Source of the DNA: Cycas panzhihuaensis
Taxonomy: Eukaryota > Plantae > Cycadophyta
Length of the DNA stretch: 64,000 bases
Direction of reading: 5' to 3'
Assembly: GCA_023213395.1 (NCBI GenBank)
Contig: CM041465.1
Span: 37,579,741-37,643,740 of the forward strand
A model generated the notes under the pieces. The model searched no databases and had not been told where the DNA came from. It worked only from the letters and a program-made list of their open reading frames with translations. The position numbers and the translations under genes were made by a program. Below, piece by piece: positions 1 to 12,474 of this stretch (position 1 is the stretch's first letter; the number at the start of each line of letters is the position of its first letter).

Positions 1-116
1 AAAGTGTTAATGTTGTAAATGAATAATAACTCATAATAACGTGCACATACCATAATATTACCGTAACAATTTACTATGAGACTCCCAAACCCAACGGACC
101 TGGCTCTAATACCAAA

Positions 117-483
117 TATTATAAATGAGGTGTAGAGCGAGAGGATTACATGTGAATAACCATTATTCCAAAGTGTAAAAATTTCTAAAATAAGACTAAC
201 AGTGTTAAAAAACACTAGGGAGGTATTCCCACCCTATATATGGATTAATTTGGAGAGGCAGCAAGTGCCTCTATCCAATAATATTTAAAATTCAAAAAAA
301 TATTAAAATATTAAACAATTAATTAAATACTTACCTTTGGTAGCTATGTCAGCTCCATTGACAACTATTAGTAGCTACTCGATGATATTAGGTGGCTCAA
401 GGTAACCTAGGGAGGCCCAAGGTAGCATTGAGGGGCCCTAGGTGCACATTAGTTTTAATTAATTGGGCATTATCCTAATAACA
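117..483 (-). mobile_element. 5' LTR of Copia element A (element continues off the left edge)
   Basis: Minus-strand PBS TGGTATTAGAGCCAGGT at 98-114 abuts it; minus-strand start TGTTATTAGGATAATG; reverse complement shares GGGAATACCTCC-TAG-TGTTTTTTAACAC with the LTRs at 45931-46279 and 54783-55131. Confidence 0.75.
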
Positions 484-683
484 AATATTTAACATGTAGG
501 CTCATTTAGGTATTTTGTCAAATAATTAGTGTGCATGTATTTTAACTTTAATAGTAATGAAATAATTGATTAAACTAAATTAATTTGCTATTATCACCTA
601 CCTTTTGAGCATCCTTATTAATGTCATATCTTCTTATAGTTGTAATTTTCTTGCATCTTCAATTTATATTGTTGTTAGCTAAC

Positions 684-917
684 TGTTATGAACCTCCTTA
701 AGCGCAAAGCTTTAATTAATTGATTAAATAGTAGGTGCTATTGAACAGGCACAACCCTCCATGAAAGGGCCTAATGTGCATATAAAATGGGGCACCAATT
801 GTAATTTGGACAACACATTTTATCTAATCAATCATTTCTTGGTTTATTAACCATAATTGCTCCAGCGTTCTGGCGTGCTCTCTTGTTGTATTCAAGTTAC
901 GAACTGGGTTCGTAACA
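684..917 (+). repeat. 5' LTR of the TR-GAG-like element
   Basis: Direct repeat of 4073-4306; TATAAAA near 781; followed by PBS. Confidence 0.95.
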
Positions 918-2221
918 AGTGGTATCAGAGCAGTTTTTGGGCACCTACTCATTGAACTGACCACGTAGGATAGAGAAATCCAAAGCACACTCTTGGCCCA
1001 TACTTAATCATTTGCTGCATATTCACTGCTGTTTATTTCCCATTATTTATCCATTGTGACTTATAACAAGCTGTACAATTACCTTTACTCAGCCGTATAC
1101 GGAATTACAATTGTATATATCCGTGTGCACGCATTTACAGCCACAACTCAGATTCATTATTATCATTGCCAGAATTTATTAGACCTTCATCTGCCATCTC
1201 CGTCTTCCGTGTCCGTCTCTGCATTTGTCTTCCATTCATCCTGCAATCAATATATTGTATACTGCGTCGCCTAATCTCCACGTCGCCTAGTCTCCACGTT
1301 AGCCATCCATAACGCCTCTCTGTTAAACGCCGCGCGCAGCCTATTGTATATATATATTTGCGCGCTGCGTCATCATTTATTAACTCGGCTTGCTCGCTGC
1401 GTCATTATTTATTCTCGGCTTGCTGTGTCATTATTTCTTAACCCTACCGGGCGTTATATATCATGCGTCACACATTATTAGCTCGAATCTGGATCTGCAA
1501 TCCCTTTTCCGTTCCGTCCGTTATCTGGATCTACATTTGAACTCGCGTCCTTGTTCCGTTCCGTCTCTGTTCTCATCTGCTCATTCTTCAAAGTCGCCAA
1601 ACGTATTTATTCGCCGAATTGCCGCTCATTCAAAGTCGCAAAACGTATTTATTAGTACAAGATATTATAAGTTAGAGGTATATTTAAAATATATCTTGTC
1701 ATTGTAAAGATATTAAGTGATATCTTTTTGCTTAAAAACATTAAGTCATATATTTATCAATTATATATTTTAACTTTCCATTGTAAGTTGGATAAGTTAT
1801 ATATTATATTGATTATCATTTAAGTTGTAAACTTAGCATCATTATTATATCGTTTGTATTTTAATCAATTATTTTGTCTATTTTGATTATTAAAACAAGC
1901 TCTCAAAACAGTCTAGGTGCTTTCATTTATCTAATACATCATTGAAGTCACTTGGGTTACAAAATTGTTCTGTAACATTTGTCCCAATTCACCATTTATA
2001 TTTTAAGTATTTACTTAATACTCTCATATAACATAATTAGTTAAAATATATTTTCTCAAAATTTTCGTATCTATCAAAGTTCTTTTTGAAATTTACACAT
2101 ATATAAAGCAAGGCAAATTGCGACAGTAGAAGAAGCATACATTTGCTGTGGTACTCTAAATACGACCGTCAAACAGTAGAATCGTATTTATACGATTATT
2201 AAAGTAATAAACACTGAAGAT

Positions 2222-4090
2222 ATGGCAGATAATACTGTTCAAAAAGAGATCATTGAACCGATCATGCAAGCAGTCCACGAAGCAGTCCAGACATCAAATG
2301 CTCTATTAAATCATACATTACATCAGATATTGGATAAATTAACAATCATAGCTACAAACAGCAAAGAAGACATGATTGTCCCAGATTCAGAGGATGAGGC
2401 AATGAGTCGGCAATCTCATATAAAAATCGAATAGTTAAAAATTCTCGATCTGAGATAACTCCCATTAATACTGAAAATAAAGCTATCAGAAAATACCTTA
2501 ATGAGTATCGCAATTTGACCCCTGAAGAACAGAAGATAGTGGGTTTTCAAGCATATTTCAATTGTTTACACAATATCCAAGCACAGAAAAAGAAAAAATT
2601 AGAAAAAATAACTATACAACATTTTAATATGGAGCAAAAGTCGCATGAGCCAAGAGTATGGATCCAACAAATGGAAAACTATTTTCGTTTAATGGAGATT
2701 GAGTCAGCAGAGCAAGTTTCGTTAGTCTTGCATATGGATGGGATAGCATGCGAATGGTGGCAGTTTCTCGAACGAACCTCTTTTCGAGATCAACTACCAA
2801 CCTGGAAAGAATTCGTGCGTTTATTCATTGAGCGATTTGAAACCGTATCTAATCGCGATTATTACTGTGAGTTACGAAAATTAAAGCAAACGGGTTCTGT
2901 GGAAGAATACAGTGCAGCGTTTACAAGGTTAAGCTATGTGTTAGAAGATATTTCGACTAATCGACTTATCCAGTTATATATAGATGGTTTGATAACTGAG
3001 ATCCAAGCTGACGTTAAAATTCAAGAACCAAAGGACCTTAATAAGGCAATACAGTTAGCCAAAATACATGAAGATAAACATAATACCTTACACAAAACGG
3101 GCACAGATCGCTATATTCCTCCCCCTAGTCGACATGATCATCTACCAAGTGTTCAACATAGACACGTATCAGTCGTTCCAAATCGACCCGCTAAACCAAT
3201 CATTCAAAAAACAAAAACAGAGCAAGACGAGTTAAGAAGAAAAAATCTATGCTTCAGATGCGAGGAGAAGTGGGAACCCAGGCATCGATGTCAAAAGAAC
3301 CAGTTATATACAATCCGACTTACGCGGATGACAATATTGATGAAGAAGAACAAGGATCAGAAAATAATCAAGAAAATTATAACGTAGAACATCAAGAGAG
3401 CTACAGTAATTCCGAGGTCGACCATCCACAAATGTCACTATCATTCATGAACAGTTTTAATCAATCAAATACCCTTAAGCTACAAGGATCTATCAAAAAT
3501 CAAGCTGTAACAATCTTGATAGATTCAGGGAGCACGCATAATTTTATTGATCGAAACTATGCACAACAATTAAGGTTATTTCCATTAAGAACTCCTCGTT
3601 TCAGTCCTTTGTTGGAGGAAGACAGGTAATTTCTGGACAAGGTGTAATGAAGAACCTTAACCTCACGCTAAATGAAGTCAGTATTATAGAAGATTTCTAT
3701 GTCGTCGATGTTGGAGATGTAGATATGGTACTGGGCAGTCAATGGCTCAGTACACTTGGAACATTTGAAATGAATATTAATGAACAATTTATACGATTTA
3801 AAAAAAACGGAAGAATTATCTCGTTATCAGGAAAACGATTGAATAAAATTAAAACCCTACCACACAAGGATCAAAGTGAAGAAGTCAAGAAACAACCACC
3901 AGCATTTCACAAACACAGTCAAGGTTTTCAATCAGAAGAATTTCTCAATAAATACCTGCAATATCCGTCTAATCGCCTAATGGATTCTGCTACAATGAAG
4001 GATAGCGTACGTTTAAAGGACTGCAATCGTTCGACTATGTTTCGTGGGCGAAACATCTCAAGAGGGAGGACTTGTTATGAACCTCCTTAA
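2222..4090 (+). pseudogene. gag-pro: Gag (retrotransposon gag domain, CFRC..W...HRC knuckle) plus aspartic protease (ILIDSGSTHNFI...DMVLGSQWL), broken by three -1 frameshifts
   Basis: ORFs 2222-2434, 2515-3387, 3249-3629, 3647-4090 each lie one frame back from the previous; motifs WIQQMENYF, LKQTGSVEEYS, DSGSTHNF. Confidence 0.9.
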
Positions 4091-4306
4091 GCGCAAAGCT
4101 TTAATTAATTGATTAAATAGTAGGTGCTATTGAACAGGCACAACCCTCCATGAAAGGGCCTAATGTGCATATAAAATGGGGCACCAATTGTAATTTGGAC
4201 AACACATTTTATCTAATCAATCATTTCTTGGTTTATTAACCATAATTGCTCCAGCGTTCTGGCGTGCTCTCTTGTTGTATTCAAGTTACGAACTGGGTTC
4301 GTAACA
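4073..4306 (+). repeat. 3' LTR of the TR-GAG-like element
   Basis: Direct repeat of 684-917; preceded by PPT. Confidence 0.95.
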
Positions 4307-7300
4307 CTAACTAAGTTTCCCTTAAGTAGTCATTGATAAAATGCATAAAGTACTTAGCTTTTCCAAATGATAGAACTTGCATTAGTTCATATAAATTAGT
4401 ATGAACCACTTAAAATAGAACCTCTACTCTCCATTTACTTAATTCAAACACATCTATGTGATATTTACCAAGCACATATCTATAACTTAGGAGAAGGCAT
4501 AGTGGCATACATAGCCTGACAAGGGGCCTAGGGTAAGGCATCCAAGTTGAATAAGAAGACCAACCACTTTTTTCTTGAGAACACTCATATATCTATATGG
4601 ATATAAGTATAGGGATATAGGAGAGACCTAGACTAGGAAGGAAATGCTGTGTGTAGATGATAGGAGAAAAGGTGGGGGGGAAAGAAAGGACTAAGTTAAA
4701 CTATCATTTATATAACATGCACAAGAAACAAAATAAGTAAAAGCATAAGAAAATAATATATTAAAGAATAAAATGAAATCTAATTAGCTAACAACAAGTA
4801 AAAACCTCTCCTCAGAAGGAGTAAGCAACACTTAATAAAAAGGCTCCTAAAATCCAAGAGTGTCACCAAGGCACATGTACCCACATTGAAGATGAACTCT
4901 ATGAGCCTATCTTAGGTGCTATATCTCCCCAAAGTGATTGACCTATATCCTAAAACACCTTATAAATGATCCTACATGACGAGACTTGATGTATAAATAG
5001 GGAGGATTAACTAGAGCAGAGACTTGAAGGAATTGGGATTATGAGATTGATTAATTTATGGATAACTTAGTGGAGATACGTCCTTCCTCTAACAATCCAC
5101 TTATAAATTTGGAATGTTTAAAAGGTTATTACATTTGATTCTAAAAAGCCCCAAGCTCTAAGAGGTGAAAAGAGATGAAAAAAACTACTCTCAATAGGAC
5201 TAAGGGTACTTATTTAGTTCTCCCAACTATATGGAGTTAGGATAATTGCCCACCACCAACCTACTCAAAACATAACAAAGGTATAACTAACCTCATGTGC
5301 AAGGTGACCCCTCTCCCCTAATGATAAAACCTAGGTGAAGAAAAGTCACCCCTCCTTTTAGTAATGAAAGACCCTGTCTTAATAAGATATAAAGGGAAAA
5401 CAAACAACAAATGCCTAATATGCAACTCTATGCTATTTTATTTTAACATACACAACCTAGTTTAAATACAAGACCTTAGGCCCCACATGTTTTAGGACTT
5501 ATAATAAGTATAAGTCCTTCACTCCACATGGTATACCTAATCAAGCATGACCTTAAAAGTAAAACCTTCCTTTCCTTCTTTTCCTTTTGTATTCTAATTA
5601 AACCCTAAAATGAGGGATAATGTGAGAGTAGGCAAGTATATAAGCATATACACACAAGAAAACTAAACAGTTTTTCTTTTTCCTCTTTAAAAGCAAATAA
5701 AAAAATGAAGGATAAACAAAAGTATTTTCAGTTTTTCCCTTTTCCAAAGTAGGATAAAATAGTAAAAAGAGGATGAGGATGTACAACTATGATGCACTCC
5801 AAAGCTTTGGTGGCTTAACTTTTGTTTTTCTTTCTTTAATTCTTATCTTTAAATATTCAAAGCAAAATAAACTTAAGGCATAAAATCAAGTAAATTCTAT
5901 GTAGAATCTAGCAATAATTCTATTTGTTAGATCATATTATGATTAAAAAAAATTGTAATAAAACTTGAAGTTGCTTGAATATGAGTTAAAATAACACTTG
6001 GAAATACTAACCCTTTTAACTATTTTGAGAGAAAGTTTGATAGAGTTCCCCATGCCCTATAAGCACTTCTAATCATGGGAGGAGAATAGAGAAACTCTAA
6101 GTGAATACTCCTTCACTACTTACATGAAATAAAGGTCATTGTGCATATCTTCTAGCCACAAAGTTAGTTTTAGAAGCAAAAGTATATATATATATATAAA
6201 TCAATAGAAATACATTGAAAGTAAATACTAATAAATCTATTTCTAAGCAATCTCAATAGTAATGTAAGCCTAAAAAATAGTAAGATTGCCACCACATGAG
6301 AGTTAAATAATATTAATAGGCCCTTTAAAACCTCTTTGAACACTTCTAATGGCTAGAAAGAAAAGAAAGAAAGCATTGGGTAGGAGAAAATCAAGTGATA
6401 AAAGTGATAGATTCATAAAAATAGAGTTGGAGAAGAGAAGGAATGAAGACCACAAGGTGAAGGATGTTCCTCAATCAGTAAATGGTAGTTGGTCGATGGC
6501 TTTAAGATATAAAAGTGATGGCTCTCCTTGGCACATGAATGTCTCTAACACAAGACTCACTCTCAAATATCAATTAAAATAGATGCTTGTGGAGGATTTC
6601 TAGTAGTATTATGATAACACTTCATTGCAAAATCCTCATCCCTTTCTAATGGAATATGGGGGTATAAATAGTTGAAATAAGATGCTTTTATGGTGGATTT
6701 GGGGCCTATGGTTTTAGTAAAACCTACTGACTAATGGCCTATAAGTTTAGAGTAAATAGGAAAAAGAAAAAGAAAAAAAGTACACAAATATAAAAAAAGA
6801 CGCCACCTGTGTTTCTATAATGATGCAAATTTGTATCGTTTTTAGTTTTAGAATGATATAAGTTTCACTATTATGAATTTTATAATGACATTTTTTACAT
6901 AATTATAAAATTTACAATGGGGCACTCCACATAGTTGTAAAATTTACAACAATGTGAAATGTTCCATTTTAAAAATTAAAATGGGATGAAGGTTCAAAAA
7001 GGGTGAACAAACATAGCAACAACAATGAAAAATAGAAAAAATAAGCCAACATCACAAACATAAAAGTGGCTAAGATGATCAACAAAGAGGGAAAATGATC
7101 ATAGAAGTGCTTTCATATTAGAAGGTGATTTTCCAATATGTAAGGCTTAAGAAGATAATTTTATTATGCCACTGACCAAAGTTAGAATCATCATAGGTTG
7201 AGTTACTCACTCACCCATCACCTGAATAATAGGAAAACATTAATAATATATATATATATAAAAGATAAGAATTAAATTGAAATAAAGTAATAAATATGTA

Positions 7301-8159
7301 ACTAGCTTTCTTGTATTATGATAGATGTTGTATTCTTGGATTTTAGGAAATATTTTCTCCCGTTGCACCAAAATCTCTTTATATAAGCACTATAAAATGG
7401 TGAATGCTAAAATTGATATCAAACTAGTTATTTGTATACTTGTTAAAGTGGTTAGGAAGTGTAGTCATGGAGGGTAGCTTAGAAGCCACACCTCCAATGA
7501 GAAGCTCAGCTATAGGGTGTTTCCATAATTTATCTTCCTTAGCAAGCATTTAGAGAATATTTCACTTAGTTTAACCTTATTGGCAAGGACATTGGAGTTT
7601 TTGCCTTTAGTTTTACTTCATCAATGAGGGTATCAAAGGTTAGATCACCATAGTTGATTCTTATTAATGGCTATTTTTTAGAGTAATTTGATATATGAAA
7701 AGGGATGGCTTAGAAGCCAAGTCCTTTCTAAGGGATCAAAAGCCAAAAAGTGGTTACCATAGTTTAACCTCTTTAGTGATTTATTTTAGAGACAAGAGTT
7801 GTTTGAGGTCATCTCTAGTATGCTTACCATTGCAAATCCTAAAAAGAATACAAATATGTATGAAAATCTCAAGAAACTTTATTAAATCATAAGAACTTAT
7901 AATCACATGCCTCTTTAAGGGGCAACCTCTTGTGAGCTGAGATCTCTTATAATATTTTTTGATGCCCTTCTTTATTATAAACATTATTTATATACTAAGA
8001 TGTTACTCATATTATCCTACTACTAGTGCATGTGGGATTATAAAATGGGAATTTCCCTTATAATAGAATATGTGTTGTCATTATATTACTACTATTAATA
8101 ACTACCATCCTATACTAATAAAGGGTTAAGACATGAGGGTCTTAATATGTCTCCCTCCT

Positions 8160-11100
8160 TCAAAACCTTTACACTTAAAGTTTGAATTATGGATAGTCTT
8201 ATCAAATTTGATGAAGTGGTTCCCAGATGGCATCCTCAAGTTGTAAGCCTTTCCAATAGATTAATACCTTTGTGATGGTACAATGTCAAAGTTAGCATAT
8301 CTAGTGATCTAGAATGGTATTGGGAGCAAGAAGTAGAGATCCATCATCTCTGAACTTCGATAACTATGTTTGTATTATTACATTATTCCCTAAGACTTTC
8401 TTTAAGTAAGATATATAGAATATAGGGTGGATTTTTTATGAAGGTGGAAGTGCCAATTTATAAGTTGTAGTCCTCATGTGTTACTCTAATTTGTAAGGTT
8501 TATAGAATCATGGAGCTAATTTTTGAGAGCCTTTCACCTTCAAGGAGGTCCACTGATATGGTTGAAGTCTTAAAAGGACTATGCCACCAACATAGAATTT
8601 ATGTTCCATCCTATGTTGATCAACTTATTGTTTCATTCTATGTTAAGTTGTGCGAAAGTTCTCATTAAGAGTTTTGAGAATGTTAGCACTATTCTTAAGG
8701 GTAAAGTCTATTGCTTATACTCATTCACCCCCTAAGATGTAAGAAGATACTATATAAGGTGGTTGCCCATAGACAACCTCATAAGGTGTCATTCTTATGG
8801 CTATGTAAAAGATGCCATTATACCACCATTCAACTAGTGGAAATCAATGCACCTACTAAGATGGATAGGTTGATGTAAAACACCAATGGTATATCTCAAG
8901 GCATTTGTTGATAACCTCTGTGTGGCCATCTGTTTATGGGTAGTAAACTAATCTCATCTTTAAGGTGATCCCTTGTATCTTGAAGAACTCTTGCTAAAAC
9001 TTACTAGTGAAGGTGGGATCATGATCATTGATGATAGAAGTAGGTATACCATATAAGTGAAAGATCTAATCACTAAATACTTGTGTCATTATTGCTACTT
9101 TATAAGGATGAGTCAATGCTAAGAAGTGAGCATGTTTGGAGAGTCAATCCATAATGACTAAGATGACTAAGTTTCCTCCTCACTGGTTCAATCCTTTAAT
9201 GAAAACCATGGAAATATCAACCCAAGGTTGGGTAGGTAAGGGCAAGGGCAATGGTTGGAGTAGCCCTAGTATGACTTCTATTTCACCTTTTTGTCGTTGA
9301 CAAATGTCATATTTAGCTACAAACTTTTGGATATTGCCCTTCATACTTGTTTAGTAGAAATTTTGAACAACCCTTTTATAAGTGTTCAGAAACCTTAAAT
9401 ATCCAGTTATAGGTGAAGCATGTAACTTTATTAAAATTTGTACTTTAGAAGTAGAATTTGGGATGATGACAATTCAACTCTTATAATGAAGATACTATCC
9501 ATCCCATGTGTAACTAGGTTTATGATTTGCTTCCAAGTGCAATTATTGAATAAGATTTTGAATTGAGCTATCCCTCTGATACTTCTTATGGATCTCCTAT
9601 AGCCATTCAAGGATGGGATATAACATCGATTGGAGGGTGACTTAGTCTTTGAATCACCTTAAGAGAGCATCTGTCACCACATTCTCCTTATCTTTCTTGT
9701 AGATAATTTTATAATCATATCCAATAACTTGGTGGCCCACTTTTGTTACTCAAGTGTCGAGATGCATTGCTCTAAGAGGTATTTCAGGCTCACGTGATTT
9801 GTTTTAATAATAAAGTGGCATCCAATAAGATAAGACTGATAATGGTTTATGACATGGAGGATGTTGAGTATTTCCTTCTCATATATAGAGTGTGCAAGAT
9901 TTTTACTAGATAAGATACAACTTATGAAGGCCAAGGGTTGTCCCTCTTATATGAGAATTGTACGAATTCTTATACCTAAAGCATCACTCTTAATAATAAA
10001 TGATTTTGAAAAGTTTGGTATGGCCAAAACTAGAGTGGTACACATGGCTTATTTGAGGAGAGTAAAGGCCTCCTATGCTACTAGAGTCCATTATAACTCT
10101 TATTTTCTTTATCAAGATTGTGAGGGGTGCTATAATTTTTTGTAGCCATGAACAAGCCTCTTGTAGTAACCTGTGATTCCTATGAACCCTCTAAGGCTTT
10201 GCAATATTTTGGGAAGTAACCAATTCACCATGTCTTCTATTTTTCTTAGATTAACCTTGACACCATCAATGGACACAATGTACCCTAAATATTTCACTTC
10301 AGTTTTCCCAAAGGCATATTTAGACTATTTGGCAAAAAGGAGATTGTATTAGAGGACTTAAAATTTTGGAGGTGTTCCTTCCATGAGTGGCTATAAACTA
10401 AAATGTCATCAAAGAAGAATAATAAAAACTTATAAAGATACAATTAGAGAATCTAGTTCATCAGACTTTGGAATATGGATGGAGTATTTGTGAGGCCAAA
10501 TGGCATGACTAAGAATTTGTAGTATCCTTCATGTGTGTGAAAGATTATCTTTAGAATGTCTTCCTCTCAAAGATAAAATTATTGATACCTTGATTTAAGG
10601 TCCTACCTAGAAAAGAGACTGGCTCCCTGTAACTCATATAACAACTCTTTAATAATCAGAATGGGAAACATGCCTTATGTTAAGGGCCTTGAAATCCATA
10701 CACATTCTCTATGAGCTATCTTTCTTCTATACCAAGAGCATGGGAGAGTAATTAGGACTTGAGCTCAATTGGATGACCCTTGTAGCATTTTATCCACCAA
10801 TTTCTCAATCTCAATGTTTTGGAGGTAAGGATATCGGTATGGCCTAATGTTTGGTGGCTAACTTCCTAAAAGTAATTGAATGGTATGGTCATATGGTCAA
10901 TGAGGAGAAAGTCCATTTGGTTTGTCAAATAGATGCTTATATTTGATTAATTATTCCTAAAGATCCTATGTTATACCAGGTTTAGTATTACTAGCTACTA
11001 TTAAGGAGCAAACTTGGGTCATCATTCTATAAGATCCTTTTTTTATCAACTTCTCCATATGATAGGAATTAATAACTTATGCGATACCTACTTAGAATCT

Positions 11101-11990
11101 CCTTAATATATATTAACATGTATCTATAGTGAATTACATCTATAATTGTTGAAAATCCCATAGAATTAGATCGAAGGTATGTAACCGTTGTACGCCCAAC
11201 ACTACATCACATTCCCTTAAAGAGAGTGCATACATATTTATCTTTAGAGAATAATCCCCCATGCTAATTTTAACATTGTGACATTTTCCTTTGCAAGCTA
11301 GTTCCCCTTTATTTGTGATTATTACTTTAAAATTATTGCATGGGTATATAAAATAATCTAATAGCTTAGCAACCTTAGTCTCTAAAAAGTTATGTGTACT
11401 CCCCAAGTCTATGAGGATCATAACTATTTGTCCTTTTAAATAACCTTTGATTTTCATAGTTTGATGGATATGAAAGCTAGCCAATGCATGTAGTGAAATT
11501 TCAAGTGTTAGTTCCTCCTAGAGATCCATATCTTTATGAGTTAATTCTTTCTACTAGACCTTAACAAATTCTTAATATGCAGGTTTGTTAGGAAGGCCAA
11601 CATCCAAAATGTATAGTCATTATTCTTTACACTGATGATTAAGACCAAGTTTCTCATCATAGTTATAGATGAGCCCTTTTTCCCTATATTTGTACATCTC
11701 TTCTAGGGTAAGTTATTTGACTTACCATGGTTTGGAAGGTGTTATAGTTGGTGGTTTTACTAATGGTGGATTTTGAAATGATAAACGATTTTATCGCCTA
11801 TATGCCATGAACTGATCTTTTGCTAGTTTGCCAACCCTATTGCTTTTGACATGGTCTATGGATTGAACATGTTGACTTCTCTACTTGTAAGTCTTTCTTT
11901 AAGCCATTGATAAAGCAACTTATAAAAAAATCCTCTGTCAAGCTAGTAGTTTGATTTGTAAGTTTTTTGAACTCGATTTGGTATGTTTAA
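8160..11990 (-). pseudogene. pol: Element B gag C-terminus, protease, RT, RNase H, integrase and chromodomain remnants (gag N-terminus at about 19394-19890)
   Basis: ILIDLGSTHNF (11140-11484); VMPFGLTN and FFDDILV RT motifs near 10400-10510; SIYEKEIL RNase H (9746-9934); DISMVFIKGL and DGHTEVIN integrase; VLIYWKGL..EDAIWE near 8220-8270; many stops. Confidence 0.85.
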
Positions 11991-12474
11991 ACTTGTGAGA
12001 ATAGGCACATGTACACAGTCATAACTTCATAGGAACAGAAAAGATATAAGAGAAGAGACAATGCATATGTACACAGAGTTGACGGCTGGAAAACCCTTTT
12101 TGGGGAAGAAAAACCACCACCTAAAAGCTAAATTGTATTAAGAAGAAATCTTATACAATACCATGATTAAAACCACCCATGAAAGACAAAACCAACCTTG
12201 TAATAGGTTTCTAGATAACCTCCTAGAATCCAGGGATCAACTCCTTAAATCTAGGAGAAAATATAAATAACAAGAAAGGTTTGTTAAAATGTGAGGTTGT
12301 GCATTTCAACGACCTTCCATATAATATTAAACTTTAACATATAAACATTTAACTTTAGAATCAATTAAATTAGAAATTACACATATGACTTAAATAATAA
12401 CATAAAAGTAATATTAATACTTCTAACATCCCCCTTTAATGATAACTTTTATGCTATAGAAAAAGAAGGTCTTC

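Larger units (their letters stand above)
684..4306 (+). mobile_element. Non-autonomous Gypsy (chromovirus-derived) LTR retrotransposon with gag+protease only (TR-GAG-like), very recent
   Basis: 234-bp LTRs 684-917 and 4073-4306, TG...CA, identical by eye; TSD CTAAC (679-683, 4307-4311); PBS TGGTATCAGAGC 920-931; PPT AAGAGGGAGGA 4060-4070; no RT/RNaseH/integrase motifs. Confidence 0.95.

Noticed and set aside
6820-6990. Short AAATTTA(C/T)AA repeats resembling DNA-transposon subterminal repeats
   Set aside because: No TIR, TSD or transposase identified
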